From the IMG/VR virus record IMGVR_UViG_3300001336_000004, positions 1 to 61,801 of that record: a stretch of 61,801 bases of DNA; one strand, given 5' to 3'. How positions within the stretch are numbered: position 1 is the stretch's first letter; each line of letters opens with the position of its first letter. The position numbers and the translations under genes are program-made. Positions 11,301 through 20,519 of the stretch are shown one piece after another. Below the pieces are notes generated by a model, which was not told where the DNA came from, searched no databases, and saw only the letters and a list, made by a program, of their open reading frames with translations. The stretch comes from a virus. Taxonomy: Duplodnaviria; Caudoviricetes.

Positions 11301-14300
11301 GAAGGCGGTGGGCGCATTCGTTTCGCGCTCGATTGCCTACAAAGGCGTAAAAGTAAACAAAATCCAGCATAATTTAACTGATGCTGAAATTCAAATGTAT
11401 GACCGCCTTGCCGAATTTTGGGCGGAATTGGCGGTTGCTTACAACGATTCGAAAAAAGAGACAAAGCGGGGAAGGGATGATTTCAGTCAATTTTACAGCA
11501 CCGCACAGCGCTTTTTCCTGCAAGTGATGGTGAGTTTCCAGATTTCGGCTCTCAAGGTAAACGCAGACCGTGATCTTGCGGAAGGACGCTCTGTTGTCAT
11601 CAATCTATTCAACACCAATGAGGCGACAGCAGAAAGGCAGAAGGCGCAATCCGGCGGTCAGCTGGAAGAGTTTGACCTGACTCCACGGCAGATGCTCGTT
11701 GACCTGATTGAGAGAAATTTCCCCGTCGATCAATATGAGAATTTTTTCAATCCCGAGACGGGAACAAGGGAAACCCGCCCAGTGGTTGATCCTGAAACGG
11801 GAGAGCCTGTCAAGAATCGAAAGATGTTGGAGAAACAGCAGGAACTTCTGGACCGCCTTGCGGACCTTTCGTTTCCGACAAACCCCATTGATGAGATCGT
11901 CAATCATTTCGGGCCTGATAGAATTGCCGAAGTAAGTGGCCGGAAAAATCGAGTAGAAGGCACGAGATATGTAAAAAGAAAAATAAGCGGAGTCCCGCAG
12001 AAGAAATTAAATCAGCATGAAGCGTCCCTTTTCCAGGATGGGGAGAAGCGCGTGATTTTAATCACGTCTTCGGGCACAACCGGCATTTCTCTGCACTCCA
12101 GTCTTTCCGCGAAGAATCAGCAACAGCGTTCCTTTTACGCAATGCAGCTTTCCTGGTCCGCAGACAAACAAATGCAGGCGTTCGGGCGCGTTCATCGTTC
12201 GTTTCAGGCGATTGCGCCTATCTTAAACCTGCTCAGCGTCGATGCAGCGGGACAGAAGCGACTCGTAAATGCGATTTCGCGGCGGCTTGCCGCGATGGGC
12301 GCGATCACTCGCGGGGACCGCGAAACGCTTGGCGGAGAGATGTTTACCAGCGAAGACCTTACGGATGAATATGGGCGGGATGCCCTGCCGAAAGTCCTTT
12401 CGAGTTTGCCGTTTAGAACCAAATTGAATCTCGGCATTGTTGATGCGGATGGCAATATAAAAAGCGATTCGCTACAGAACGTCGATAGATTCCTCAACAG
12501 AATCATGTTGCTCCCCATTAAGGAACAGAATGAAGTATTTGAAAGATTTTATGAGGCGTACAAGACAGAAGTTCAAAAAGCGAAAGATGCGGGGACATTC
12601 GATTCCGGCGTCGAAAGAATCGATGCAAGAAGAATCAGGATGGTCGCAGAACCCGAAGTTGTGCACACGGATGAAGGTTCAGGCGCGCAGACGAAATTAT
12701 TGCATCTCGAGGGCGACTTTCGGACATACCGCTTGTCGTTCGAATACATTTCCCGCTTAGAGCCGGAGGAATTCATCCAGAACATACGCAGCAAAGAAGT
12801 CTATGCTGTTTTGGAAAGCGGGCCGTCGGGGCGTCGAATCGTGGGGGTGCGCGGCGCGCCGCGCCATATCGGTGAATTGGAATACAAGCACAGATTTGAA
12901 AAGGTTGGTCCGGCTGAAGCCGGGAATCTGTGGCAAAGCAAGTATGAATCCATCGGCGCCTACCAAACCGAAAGCATCTATTTATTGACGGGGGCGATTT
13001 TCCCGATTTACGACAAGGTTGCGGGACGTGTGGGGTTGAGGAACATGAAGGTCGTCCGAGTCGAAACGGCGGATGGCGGATCGTATATCGGCTTGCGGCC
13101 CAACAAGGATGAAATCGGAGGAATCAAACGGCGGTTGGGGATTGGCGCGGCGCTCGCTCAGCAGCCTCCGGCGGAAATTTTCAATATGGTGATGAATGAG
13201 GGCGCCGTCGTCGAACTCGATAACGGGCATCGTCTCAGGCAGGCAACCGTTCAAGGTGAAAGGCGCCTTGAACTAGACCGTCGTGGCGACTCAGGCACAA
13301 TGGAATTTTTCCGGGAAATCGGCTTAATCGTCGAGGTCATTGACTACAAGCGTCGAGCCTTTATCCCGGATGACGATGTATTGCAGCGCCTCTTCGCGAA
13401 GAACAAGCCGATTCGTGATATTTCACAGGGCGGTGTTGAGCCAATGGCTTCGGCAGGGCGTGACGTCAGCGAAACAATCGCGAGCAAGCTCGGTCTTCGA
13501 TACAACGGCAGCACGGACGCCGGGAAGTACATTCTTCATTTCTATACCGACGTTGACTTACGGATGACGTTTTCGCTTAAGGATGAACTAAACACGCTTG
13601 AGAACGTCCGCGAATTGTACAATGCAAAACTCATGGCGTTCGGAAAATACCCCAAGGCGTCAGTTTCGACGTTTATGATTGATGGTGACGCCCATTTGAC
13701 CTTCGCCCAAATCAGGGGCGTCATTGATGAATTCGGCCTCAAGGGCGTGGATTTTCGTATCGTCAAAAGCAAGGCGTACTTATCCGAAAAGCAGGCCGAG
13801 GCGCACCCGAACCCGAACGTCAAGGCCGGCGACCGGAAGGCGGCGGAATACCACCCGCGAACCCGAATGATTACGGTTTACCAGGGCGCGACGGTTTGGG
13901 ATGTCGTACACGAACTTGACCACTGGATTCGCTATTCCGATCTCCTGACGCCCGAGGAACGAGCCGCCTATGACCGCGAATATCCTTCGTGGGAGGATTC
14001 CGCCAATGCGCTTGCGGATTATTGGGAACGGAACATACAGCCCCGCACACCGCTGGGTCGCGCCCTGCGTAAAATCGTGGACTTCCTGAAGACATTGATG
14101 GACCGGCTCGGCATTCGCGACCTGAAGGCCCGCGACGTGATGGAACGCATCGCCAACGGCTCCGTCGCCAATCGTCAGCGCAATGAATCTCTATCGCTGG
14201 ACGAATGGATGGCATCCATCCATGAATGGAACGGCAACGAACAGGACGAGTACATCAATACGCACGAGAGCGCGAACACGAACATCTCTCAGCGCACTCT

Positions 14301-17300
14301 GGCTTCGGCTCAGTCGTCACCACTTTTCGGTCGCCGGCCGGGGAATGCCATAAGGAATGTGGCGGAAGCGTTTCAGGAGATCGCCGCGCAGATGGGAGTC
14401 GAAAATGTCGAGGTCGTCTTCAAGAATGAAGTCGGGCGCGTGACGAAGGAGGAGGCGGCGAATTATCCGGCCTCTTCAGGCGTTGCGGAAGGCTCGATCA
14501 AGTTCTCGGATTACGACCCGGTATCGCGCACCCTGACGGTGTACCAGGGCGCAACCGTCGAAGACCTGATCCACGAAATCGCGGGGCACTGGTCGATCCG
14601 CTCCGGTCTTCTGAATGAAAACGAAGTCACTGCGATTCTGAATGATCGGCGCTTTTACGATGAGAACGGGAAGTTCAACGAGGAAATCTTCGCCCGGGAA
14701 ATCGCTCGTTTTGCGATAAAGAATAAAGAACCCAGCGGCGCCGTCGAACGAATCCTGCATCGCATCGGCGAGCTCCTCCGAAATATCCTGGTCGGCCTGC
14801 GCGGCATCCATGCAGAAGATGTTTTTCGGCGAATCCTGTCCGGGGAAGTTGGCCGGCGCACGGGGCTGCCCCATTACAAGATGGCAATGTCCCAGGACCG
14901 CACGATGGTCAACCCCTTCGAGATAGTCACGAACGGGCCTCGTGGGACGCTCGCACAGGCGGCCCTCGAAACTATTGGTCGAACGATGGCGGGCCGCCCC
15001 ACTCGGCAGGTCGAAGAGGCCGCCGAGCACCTCAACGAAATGATCGAGAAATACGTCCTGAAGCGGAAGAAGCCAAGCGATGATCTCCCCGAGGACGGCC
15101 CGCCGATTGAAAGCGTCAACCCGAACGTCGAAAAGAAGTTCCAGATGAACAAGGGGACGACGGTCGTATCCCGCTTCGAGAAATTCTTCCAGAGGGTTCA
15201 TCGCATTTTTTACCGCGATTGGATTAAGCAGGCCATCACGACAAACCCGACCCTGCTGGACCCCGAGCGGTATGGAAACCTCATCGACGTAATTCGCCTG
15301 TTCGACGGGATGCCGATGAGCGCGCGGATGGTCGTCCGCAATATCCTCGTCGATGTTGCGGCGGGGCTTGGCCCGAAGAAGGCGGACATCTTCTCGAAGG
15401 CTCTGATTCTCCCTGATATGCTGCGGACGATTGAAGAATACCGCGCGGAAGCCCACGAACGTGGTGATGAAATCGACCCCAAGAAGCACTTGGAGATGGG
15501 CTATCAAAGCGTCCAGGAGATAGAGAAAGACCTCGAGAACGTCATGTGGTACGTCAAAAACGACGAGGAGATTGGCCGGGCACTGAAGGCGCGTCAGAAT
15601 TTCGTGAAAGGCGTCGTTTATGCTCTCGTCGAACAAAAAATTCTCTCCCCCAGGATTCTCGAAGACCCCCGCTACTACCATCGCCAGGTTCTGGCCTATC
15701 GCAATGCGATCATCGAGTCCGAGGCGTACCAGAAATCGAGTGGCGTCGGGTTTCGGATTGCCCGCCGGGACAAGACGGGGGACTACAACACGCTCTACCA
15801 TGAGGCGGAATACGAGTGGCTTTATCAGGCGATCAAACTTCTGAAGAAAAAGGAATTCGAGAACGAGATTTCCCACTACGATGAACTGCACGCAATAAAG
15901 GAGCGGGCGAAGGCGGAGAATACGCGCGCTTTTGAAGAATATGTGAAGCAGCAAAAGAAGGAAAACCCGCAATTCGTTGATCCGCGCGATGAATTCAAGA
16001 AGCGGATTGCAATAAATATGCAACGCCTTGCCGCGAAGATTTTCTCCGGGAAAATCAACGCCCCAGGGCATTACCAGGGAGTGCTCGAGGACATTCAGCA
16101 GGCTTATGACGAATGGCTTGAAGAAAATTACGGGCAGGACTCGAAAGACAAGACGAGCCTTAAAATGCCCGACAATCCAGAAATGTTCAGCCTGCTGAAG
16201 TATTTGCTGGACCATAAGCTCGAGGGTGGTATAGAGGCCGGAGGAATCCTGAGCGCAATCGCACAGCGCAATAAAATGATTCGCGAAACGCTCGGCGACA
16301 AGTTCGTGACGTGGCAGGACATCACAAAATATGATGAATACGCCGATTACGATTTTTATTCCTTCGACGAAAAAACGAACATCTTCCCGGTATGGACGAT
16401 CCAGGAATCCCTGATGAATAGTCTTCTGGAGGCTGACGGGAAGACGCTGAACGTCGATCAGTCCGCATTCCGTAAAATGTGGGCGTCCGCCGGCGAGCAA
16501 CCGCAAATGTTCCTGCCGAATGAAATCATCGAGCAGTTGAACAAGATGGAGAAAGATTACGAATCCCGCATCAAAGACCCCGATCCGATTGACGGATTGC
16601 TGAAAGGCGCCACGCAAAACTGGAAGCGGTGGATTTTACTCAATCCGTTCAACGTCCTGACGTACAACATCAATAACTTCTCCGGCGACGCCGACATTGT
16701 TTTTGCGTACTACGGCGCGAGAACCATCCCGCACATGAAACGGGCAATCATTGACCTTTTGGCGCTTTCGCGCGGGAAGTCCAACCCGACATTTGTCGTG
16801 AAATTCAATCGCCTTGTCGAATTGCAGGTTCTTAATTCAGGCCAGATTGCGCAGGAATTAACGGATGTCCGCGACATCGAGGAACTCGCGCATCTGAAAA
16901 GCAATGACCCGAACGAGTTCCTGCGCCTTTTCGACAATATCTTCGGCGCGGCGTATCGAGGGTCGAAGCGGGCGACAATCTTTCGCGAAAACATTTTGCG
17001 ACTTGCTGTTTACGACATGGCTTCGGAGGACATCGAGGCCGGGAAAAGAACATACGGGGCCAGCAACCCGGTGATCATCAACGGGATCACGACAAACGAA
17101 CGAAAGACGGCGCGTGTCGCGCGTGAACTCGTAATCGACTACGGGAATATCTCCGACACCGGTAAATGGTTGCGGACGCACTTGATCCCGTTCTATTCAT
17201 GGATGGAGGGCAATCTCCCACGATATTACCGGATTCTGCGCAACACCGCCCGGGAACAGTCCGGGGTGCACGGTTGGATGGCGGCGCGCCTCGCCACCGG

Positions 17301-18201
17301 CGCCGGCGCTCGAACGGCAATCAAGGCGGCGACCTTCGCGCTTAGCGCCCAAGCCCTGTATGCCGCGATTACGCTTTGGAATCGCGCAATGTTCCCGGAC
17401 GACGACGACCTCCTCAACAGAGATCGAAGGCAACTCCAGTTGATCTTCTTCAAGTCCCCGGACGGTCAGATTCACAGTCTGCGCTTCCAGGGCGCCTTCT
17501 CGGATGCGATGAGCTGGTTCGGTCTTGAGGACTACCCCAAGGAACTTGGCGATCTGCTTTACGGCAGAACGGACATGGCCGAAATTGCGCTGGAGTTTCC
17601 CAAAGCCGTCATCGACCGCGCTGTCAATGGCGTCAACCCGGCCATCAAGACCCCATTCGAATTGATTGCCGGACGCTCGACGTTCCCGACGATCTTCGAG
17701 GAAGGCAAGACATTCGCTTTCCGAGGCCGTGTCATTCGCGACCGCGCCGAACACTTCACGAAGACCTTCGCGCTTGAATGGGTTTATCGGCAAGCAACGG
17801 GCAAGAACCTTCGCCCGGGGGAATGGAATCCGATCTGGTCCGCCATCGCTTACCGTACCGATCCCGGCGAAGCCTCGTACTTCTTCGTGCGGCAAAGGGC
17901 AAGCGAATGGCTTCGCGACCAGGGCAAGGAACTTCCCATCATTCAGCCCACACAAAGGCAGAACGCTCTGTACTACTACAAGCAGGCGCTTCGCTTTGGG
18001 GAGAACACGAAGGCGGAAAGGTGGCTGGACAGATATTTCGATTTAGGCGGGACGCGCCCCGGCCTTCGGCAGAGCCTTACTCGCTCGCACCCGCTGGGGG
18101 CGATTGCGAAGGAGGAGCGCGTTAAATTCGTGCGGTCGCTTTCGGACCGCGACAAAAAAGTCTACAAAGATGCTGTTGAGTGGTATCGCGACGCCTATTG
18201 A
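5317..18201 (+). CDS. Giant polyvalent DarB-like virion protein: adenine MTase, strawberry-notch SF2 helicase, two zincin-like motifs, LPD38-like C-terminus
   Basis: 4294 aa. EPSAGTG and NPPF (about 9200-9410); GDGTGVGKG, FDEAH, SATG and QAFGRVHRS (about 10700-12200); HELDH and HEIAGH (about 13910 and 14570); Gly/Ala-rich hydrophobic N-terminus. Confidence 0.85.
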   Translation: MPQDEKNGVTEFDSGQGIDRGEMFPNLRRHYASIEEAERQRQVRERGFTGEFAAGFSRGIDTLQGTGYGGLALLGTGLGLDGLRDWGLENYEEQMAQAEKTPAFVPTVGDIGSPYEAVRWAAGALGEVAPSIVESLIVGAATAAAGAVAGTAVAPGPGTVAGGAGGALAGALGRQTVRRSLVRMIRRNIKGLVAKGVAKNAAEAAVKKEMARRILFLRAADLIDNQYAPTVAMAAVAGLHEGGGSYAGIYNQGEDAPLTATTVGILAGALETVFPAKVLSGNIGGIPPKTLPRSVSLSPGRLAKTKKYTAKLLMGAADGIILEGATEAAQEALQIAGEAVALDKDPFTEENFQRIINAAAMGAVGGGVFGGGAGLLQKRQKRPKKKIEPPQPDLDEGGTLTPDEPPPSPSATEAAPEAPSVAAPKTEGPRPTPEAPSVPDLYEQAEPISDAAPRFSEVKPYSKKTRPADYADRDTQAQQRFRSEIRPGTALIMSGKEDSAILIVLDAEPQRTKGRGQRPSWQVAVVPVDPNFRPKGKPRWESINNLRNQPNIRVLRNEQTQAGVADVEAPAPIAPVKPPAPAPAQPSSAPVEKAPVKKAPAPPPTAKPTAQAEGQVQSVFRLMAELNSVEGSIDKVKKSTKSGAKAREDKIDDILSRARELGAAAIPIIVRAESLRQKNREKLEETKGREPDEPRDRGLGEQPVRSDRPEREEVQPTTAEPGAGPAETGAVPTEGEGALPQETGAGEPTPAPVEPEPETAPEPEEDTGAARIWAKVNRAWDAGHTVYVATRVRATKIAPKHRDALRFRSGQIQIRSGRRWERVMSDALATLDLSASMALREPQDPMFRKWGVAEAAPEPEEAVPAEAPAEPEVREESEETKGLREILEGDLSANLSVLKERLDPLKEAEHPTFIRPEPILKKTSEAKSVKGKLQALYNYFVPKNDPRKVLKYLYVDDFNGEKVVVGTDGVKLVYAPYSGPHPIGTFLDKNIERSDLEGRTFPQWRRVLPAKEDMEYRIHINGEMLNLARGAARVRQVLRLLYGGEDNRALTSLRFPIDGGGYVYFNPEIFLSVVEGLIRAGYEPSRILLKSANSQALIETNNRVTHAIIVPLVPKKGVVPQPAMVDMSKFQFERIPKTQSQKESASPQKTKGKPKKKTAKKTTPEAKPKTPAVTASGAVLSVLNDVYSLFQQGIAVANKQLNEIREKRFGKLLGNSRLAFDAVEGAMNKHIENSGIVDFDQKEKTVERLLGATEMLPSQLAVRTDEQIELQQFSTPPAQAFIVVAVSGANSNTSVLEPSAGTGNLAVMARLAGATDVATNEISGDRREVLKMLGFEPTGINAEQIDNILPPNLSYDVIVMNPPFSATGGRTAHHDTAFGAEHVTQALRRLKPGGRLVAIVGQGMALGRPKMGSWWNSIYPYYNVRANIGFDGKYYRKYGTGFGNQIIVIDNTGPTDVRQIIMAENLSPDQALKKLLPLMEGQVDERVRARTTKESEAAPPDEGAGTAVTEGRDAIDRPAEVPDKPSGGLDEPRTVRRGRRKSGVESVSEPGAGEQGTGADIATGGPGGTVAGGETAGGGTVGAGPPRNLPLGVSEDFGKDNKIFTREEAEKALAALKEKLGRINAGVDPEVFQLGISLTGFYIEGGARSFAAYSKKMIETLGEGARPYLRSWYEGARHYPGFDSEGMTPSEEIVESQEPASGAEESVVSDEGEVYSAYKVSKPPIEGTVPHPAELVESATLASVEMPDPKGVIALPGELITSGKISDIQAEFIAAANQRFKQRGPDGRTRAIWNGDGTGVGKGVQIYGTIWNEQIQSNTKKAVHFSMSNDLIKDAVRDRDFIGAPMDIIPLQKFNNNEKIDAAEGVLFATYSTASSEWGGGKRRFNQIIEWLGADFDGVIAFDEAHAMKNASPENFGGRDTGTNAGKFGLELQNALPNAKIIYGSATGATTPRNMSFMMRLGIFGPGTPFSSFLAFLGAIHNGGVAGMEMLARDLKAVGAFVSRSIAYKGVKVNKIQHNLTDAEIQMYDRLAEFWAELAVAYNDSKKETKRGRDDFSQFYSTAQRFFLQVMVSFQISALKVNADRDLAEGRSVVINLFNTNEATAERQKAQSGGQLEEFDLTPRQMLVDLIERNFPVDQYENFFNPETGTRETRPVVDPETGEPVKNRKMLEKQQELLDRLADLSFPTNPIDEIVNHFGPDRIAEVSGRKNRVEGTRYVKRKISGVPQKKLNQHEASLFQDGEKRVILITSSGTTGISLHSSLSAKNQQQRSFYAMQLSWSADKQMQAFGRVHRSFQAIAPILNLLSVDAAGQKRLVNAISRRLAAMGAITRGDRETLGGEMFTSEDLTDEYGRDALPKVLSSLPFRTKLNLGIVDADGNIKSDSLQNVDRFLNRIMLLPIKEQNEVFERFYEAYKTEVQKAKDAGTFDSGVERIDARRIRMVAEPEVVHTDEGSGAQTKLLHLEGDFRTYRLSFEYISRLEPEEFIQNIRSKEVYAVLESGPSGRRIVGVRGAPRHIGELEYKHRFEKVGPAEAGNLWQSKYESIGAYQTESIYLLTGAIFPIYDKVAGRVGLRNMKVVRVETADGGSYIGLRPNKDEIGGIKRRLGIGAALAQQPPAEIFNMVMNEGAVVELDNGHRLRQATVQGERRLELDRRGDSGTMEFFREIGLIVEVIDYKRRAFIPDDDVLQRLFAKNKPIRDISQGGVEPMASAGRDVSETIASKLGLRYNGSTDAGKYILHFYTDVDLRMTFSLKDELNTLENVRELYNAKLMAFGKYPKASVSTFMIDGDAHLTFAQIRGVIDEFGLKGVDFRIVKSKAYLSEKQAEAHPNPNVKAGDRKAAEYHPRTRMITVYQGATVWDVVHELDHWIRYSDLLTPEERAAYDREYPSWEDSANALADYWERNIQPRTPLGRALRKIVDFLKTLMDRLGIRDLKARDVMERIANGSVANRQRNESLSLDEWMASIHEWNGNEQDEYINTHESANTNISQRTLASAQSSPLFGRRPGNAIRNVAEAFQEIAAQMGVENVEVVFKNEVGRVTKEEAANYPASSGVAEGSIKFSDYDPVSRTLTVYQGATVEDLIHEIAGHWSIRSGLLNENEVTAILNDRRFYDENGKFNEEIFAREIARFAIKNKEPSGAVERILHRIGELLRNILVGLRGIHAEDVFRRILSGEVGRRTGLPHYKMAMSQDRTMVNPFEIVTNGPRGTLAQAALETIGRTMAGRPTRQVEEAAEHLNEMIEKYVLKRKKPSDDLPEDGPPIESVNPNVEKKFQMNKGTTVVSRFEKFFQRVHRIFYRDWIKQAITTNPTLLDPERYGNLIDVIRLFDGMPMSARMVVRNILVDVAAGLGPKKADIFSKALILPDMLRTIEEYRAEAHERGDEIDPKKHLEMGYQSVQEIEKDLENVMWYVKNDEEIGRALKARQNFVKGVVYALVEQKILSPRILEDPRYYHRQVLAYRNAIIESEAYQKSSGVGFRIARRDKTGDYNTLYHEAEYEWLYQAIKLLKKKEFENEISHYDELHAIKERAKAENTRAFEEYVKQQKKENPQFVDPRDEFKKRIAINMQRLAAKIFSGKINAPGHYQGVLEDIQQAYDEWLEENYGQDSKDKTSLKMPDNPEMFSLLKYLLDHKLEGGIEAGGILSAIAQRNKMIRETLGDKFVTWQDITKYDEYADYDFYSFDEKTNIFPVWTIQESLMNSLLEADGKTLNVDQSAFRKMWASAGEQPQMFLPNEIIEQLNKMEKDYESRIKDPDPIDGLLKGATQNWKRWILLNPFNVLTYNINNFSGDADIVFAYYGARTIPHMKRAIIDLLALSRGKSNPTFVVKFNRLVELQVLNSGQIAQELTDVRDIEELAHLKSNDPNEFLRLFDNIFGAAYRGSKRATIFRENILRLAVYDMASEDIEAGKRTYGASNPVIINGITTNERKTARVARELVIDYGNISDTGKWLRTHLIPFYSWMEGNLPRYYRILRNTAREQSGVHGWMAARLATGAGARTAIKAATFALSAQALYAAITLWNRAMFPDDDDLLNRDRRQLQLIFFKSPDGQIHSLRFQGAFSDAMSWFGLEDYPKELGDLLYGRTDMAEIALEFPKAVIDRAVNGVNPAIKTPFELIAGRSTFPTIFEEGKTFAFRGRVIRDRAEHFTKTFALEWVYRQATGKNLRPGEWNPIWSAIAYRTDPGEASYFFVRQRASEWLRDQGKELPIIQPTQRQNALYYYKQALRFGENTKAERWLDRYFDLGGTRPGLRQSLTRSHPLGAIAKEERVKFVRSLSDRDKKVYKDAVEWYRDAY

Positions 18202-18348
18202 TCATCGAGCCAATCAATAACGATGCTTTCCTGGATCATTGACTCGGGCATCGTTATCACAGCGCCACGACGATAAGGGTGGTAGCCCGGAATCGTCCCT
18301 CGCTCCCGAACCACCTCGCAAATCAGCAGGTCCGTCTCGTCACGAAAA

Positions 18349-18390
18349 CGCCTGCGACGAATCCGCTTGACGATCAATTCGTCGCAGGCG
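18349..18390. repeat. Perfect 14-bp inverted repeat between convergent genes (terminator or recombination-site candidate)
   Basis: CGCCTGCGACGAAT-N14-ATTCGTCGCAGGCG. Confidence 0.7.
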
Positions 18391-18399
18391 GAACCCTTC

Positions 18400-18570
18400 T
18401 TACCGAACCGAATGCGGAACTTTACGCGTTGCCTTTTTGCGTGCATCTTCAAAGTACCTTTCGATTGCCCTGCGAATAAATTCGCTTTTCCCACGCGGAG
18501 AAATCTCCAGCGCGGCGGCCATATCTTCGTCGATGCGAAGAGCGATCAACCGCGTTTTCCTGGCTTTCAT
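18400..18570 (-). CDS. Ribbon-helix-helix (CopG-like) regulator, 56 aa
   Basis: Own translation: MKARKTRLIALRIDEDMAAALEISPRGKSEFIRRAIERYF...; GGAGG RBS; below the ORF-track length cutoff. Confidence 0.65.
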   Translation of the reverse strand: MKARKTRLIALRIDEDMAAALEISPRGKSEFIRRAIERYFEDARKKATRKVPHSVR

Positions 18571-18572
18571 GT

Positions 18573-19538
18573 TTATCCTCCTTCCCGTTCGATTTTCTCG
18601 AATTCCTTTAGCAACCGAGGCGGCGATCCCAGCTTTTTACTGATGCTCCGTATCCGGGCGTTATGGTACGGCGTCTCTTTGATCTTGCCGTCCCGAACCA
18701 GCATCATATACATCTCGCGGAGAAGTTTGTCACGGTCGTCAGCGCCCATCGAAATGATGGACAGGGACAACTCGCGCAACTGCTGCTCGCTCCATTCCTG
18801 CAAGTCCGGAGGCGACAAAATCCCGCCGAGCGTTTGCCGGATTATCGGCTCCAGCGGCGCTACGCTCTTCAGCGGCGGATATTCTTCGAAGGGCAAGCCG
18901 CCGACAACAGCCTGCCGTACATCGTCAATATCGACTCCCAAATAGCAGTCTTCCGGCGTGTTGGGGGAGTGCCGCATCTGGACCTTGTACTCATAAACCG
19001 TCCGCACCGTCTTCCTCGTTGCGTTGGCAAAGGTGCGGCGGAACGCGTGAAGGCCGCGATCCCGCCTTTCGACCCCGCAGAAATCGAGGATTCTGGAAAA
19101 CTGATTCCAGAGAGTCCGCGTCGTCCCCCAAAAGGGGAACATCAGCGCATCGTGTTCGGGGATACGGCTGATGTTCAGGTATTGGCAGTATAGCGCCCAG
19201 CTCTTTCCGAAGTCATGGGATACGGCAACCGGCTCCCGAAAGTCTTCCCGGCGCCCCTTGCCGCCCCAAAACCACACAAGCCCCCGACTTTCCTCGAAAT
19301 GCCACGCGCGCATTTTGACGACTTCGGCCCCGCGCGCGCCGGTGTTCAGCAAAAGCTCGATGAAAAACCAGCGCGCGACCCAGGCGTTGAACTGCCCGCT
19401 CCGCATCTCCTCGTAAGCCTTATTCCACAAACGTCGCCGAATCCGCCCGACTTCGACCCGAGAGAAATACCTGTCCGGGTCTTGCAGATGCGATTTGGGC
19501 AACGAATTATTGCCTTTTCTGTTATACCTTTTAGCCAC
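18573..19538 (-). CDS. Tyrosine recombinase/integrase (catalytic domain)
   Basis: LLNTGARGAEV (R), GGKG (K), LHAFRR (HxxR), MRHS (H), DCYL (Y). Confidence 0.8.
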   Translation of the reverse strand: MAKRYNRKGNNSLPKSHLQDPDRYFSRVEVGRIRRRLWNKAYEEMRSGQFNAWVARWFFIELLLNTGARGAEVVKMRAWHFEESRGLVWFWGGKGRREDFREPVAVSHDFGKSWALYCQYLNISRIPEHDALMFPFWGTTRTLWNQFSRILDFCGVERRDRGLHAFRRTFANATRKTVRTVYEYKVQMRHSPNTPEDCYLGVDIDDVRQAVVGGLPFEEYPPLKSVAPLEPIIRQTLGGILSPPDLQEWSEQQLRELSLSIISMGADDRDKLLREMYMMLVRDGKIKETPYHNARIRSISKKLGSPPRLLKEFEKIEREGG

Positions 19539-19617
19539 TGCGAAACACCCCCAATCCCACCAGGATTAAAAAACCCACGACGAAAACAAGCACGGCGATG
19601 TCTGTTTTTGTCATCAT
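19531..19617 (-). CDS. Small single-TM peptide
   Basis: MMTKTDIAVLVFVVGFLILVGLGVFRSG; overlaps both neighbours in a coupled fashion. Confidence 0.35.
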   Translation of the reverse strand: MMTKTDIAVLVFVVGFLILVGLGVFRSG

Positions 19618-19922
19618 TCCATGCCTTTCAGCGGCGGCTTGCCCGTCTTGCCGTCGTTGGCATGAAACGTCCCGCAATGCGGGCAGGGGACGCCGCCCCT
19701 CTTGAGGTGCACGGGCAGACACTCAAACCCGCCTTTGCATCGTGGGCAGGTTATGATGTACTTCTTGACCCGCTTTACGCCGTGCCACGGATCGGGAACC
19801 TCGATGAACGTCTCCTTCATTTTGTACTTGACCCGTGCCCACACAAACCGCCTTCTACCGTCTTTCGTTTTTCCGCCTTTTGGTGATCGCATTGCCGTAT
19901 CCTTTCTTTGTATGTTTCTCAT
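19614..19922 (-). CDS. Zn-ribbon protein
   Basis: CPRC..CPHC motif pair. Confidence 0.55.
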   Translation of the reverse strand: MRNIQRKDTAMRSPKGGKTKDGRRRFVWARVKYKMKETFIEVPDPWHGVKRVKKYIITCPRCKGGFECLPVHLKRGGVPCPHCGTFHANDGKTGKPPLKGME

Positions 19923-20119
19923 CTTGCCCGCCTGCTCTCGATCTCGATCAGGCCCCGCTCAATCGCGCGTATCGTTTGCACACCCGGATTTGGTGTTGCG
20001 CCGGATTCGATCCGCATCACCGTAGGCCGCGCCACCCCCGCCGCCTCAGCCAACTCACTGACCGAGGCGGGCGGGTTCAGCGCCAAACGGCGCGTGCGTA
20101 TCTCTTTCACGCCGATCAC
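19919..20119 (-). CDS. XRE/Cro-family HTH regulator
   Basis: SVSELAEAAGVARPTVMRIESGATPNP. Confidence 0.8.
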   Translation of the reverse strand: MIGVKEIRTRRLALNPPASVSELAEAAGVARPTVMRIESGATPNPGVQTIRAIERGLIEIESRRAR

Positions 20120-20137
20120 TTCTCGGCCCCCCCCCTT

Positions 20138-20452
20138 CTATTCGACTTCCAGGACTTGGTAGCCGCAATAATACTGATGCGCCCACTTCGGCCACAGACC
20201 GCGACTGTCAATTTCCGCGATGACCCGCTGGATTGTCATATCGCCAGCATCAATCGCCGCCGAAATCGAATCGTATGCGTCGATTTCCTCAACGCTCGCA
20301 TCGTCCGCCTTTTCGGGGTCCGAAAGATCGTCGAGTATGTGATACAGCAGGATGTAGCAGGCGTGATTCTCGTCGCGTACCTGCTGGACTGCTGTTTTTC
20401 CCGAGTTGCAGTCCAGCCAGGAAAATACGGGAATGCTCCTCGTGCCGCTCAT
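20138..20452 (-). CDS. Hypothetical acidic protein
   Basis: ORF in operon, with GGAGG upstream of MSGTRS. Confidence 0.5.
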   Translation of the reverse strand: MSGTRSIPVFSWLDCNSGKTAVQQVRDENHACYILLYHILDDLSDPEKADDASVEEIDAYDSISAAIDAGDMTIQRVIAEIDSRGLWPKWAHQYYCGYQVLEVE

Positions 20453-20519
20453 CTGAAAGCCCTCCATGTTTTTTAGTGAATGCCGGTGCGGCGCTGAATG
20501 GTCGCACCGGCTCCGTTCC

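Noticed and set aside
14476-16617. 713-aa minus-strand ORF
   Set aside because: It is an antisense shadow of the giant gene, with no motifs; such shadows are expected from codon bias in GC-rich DNA.
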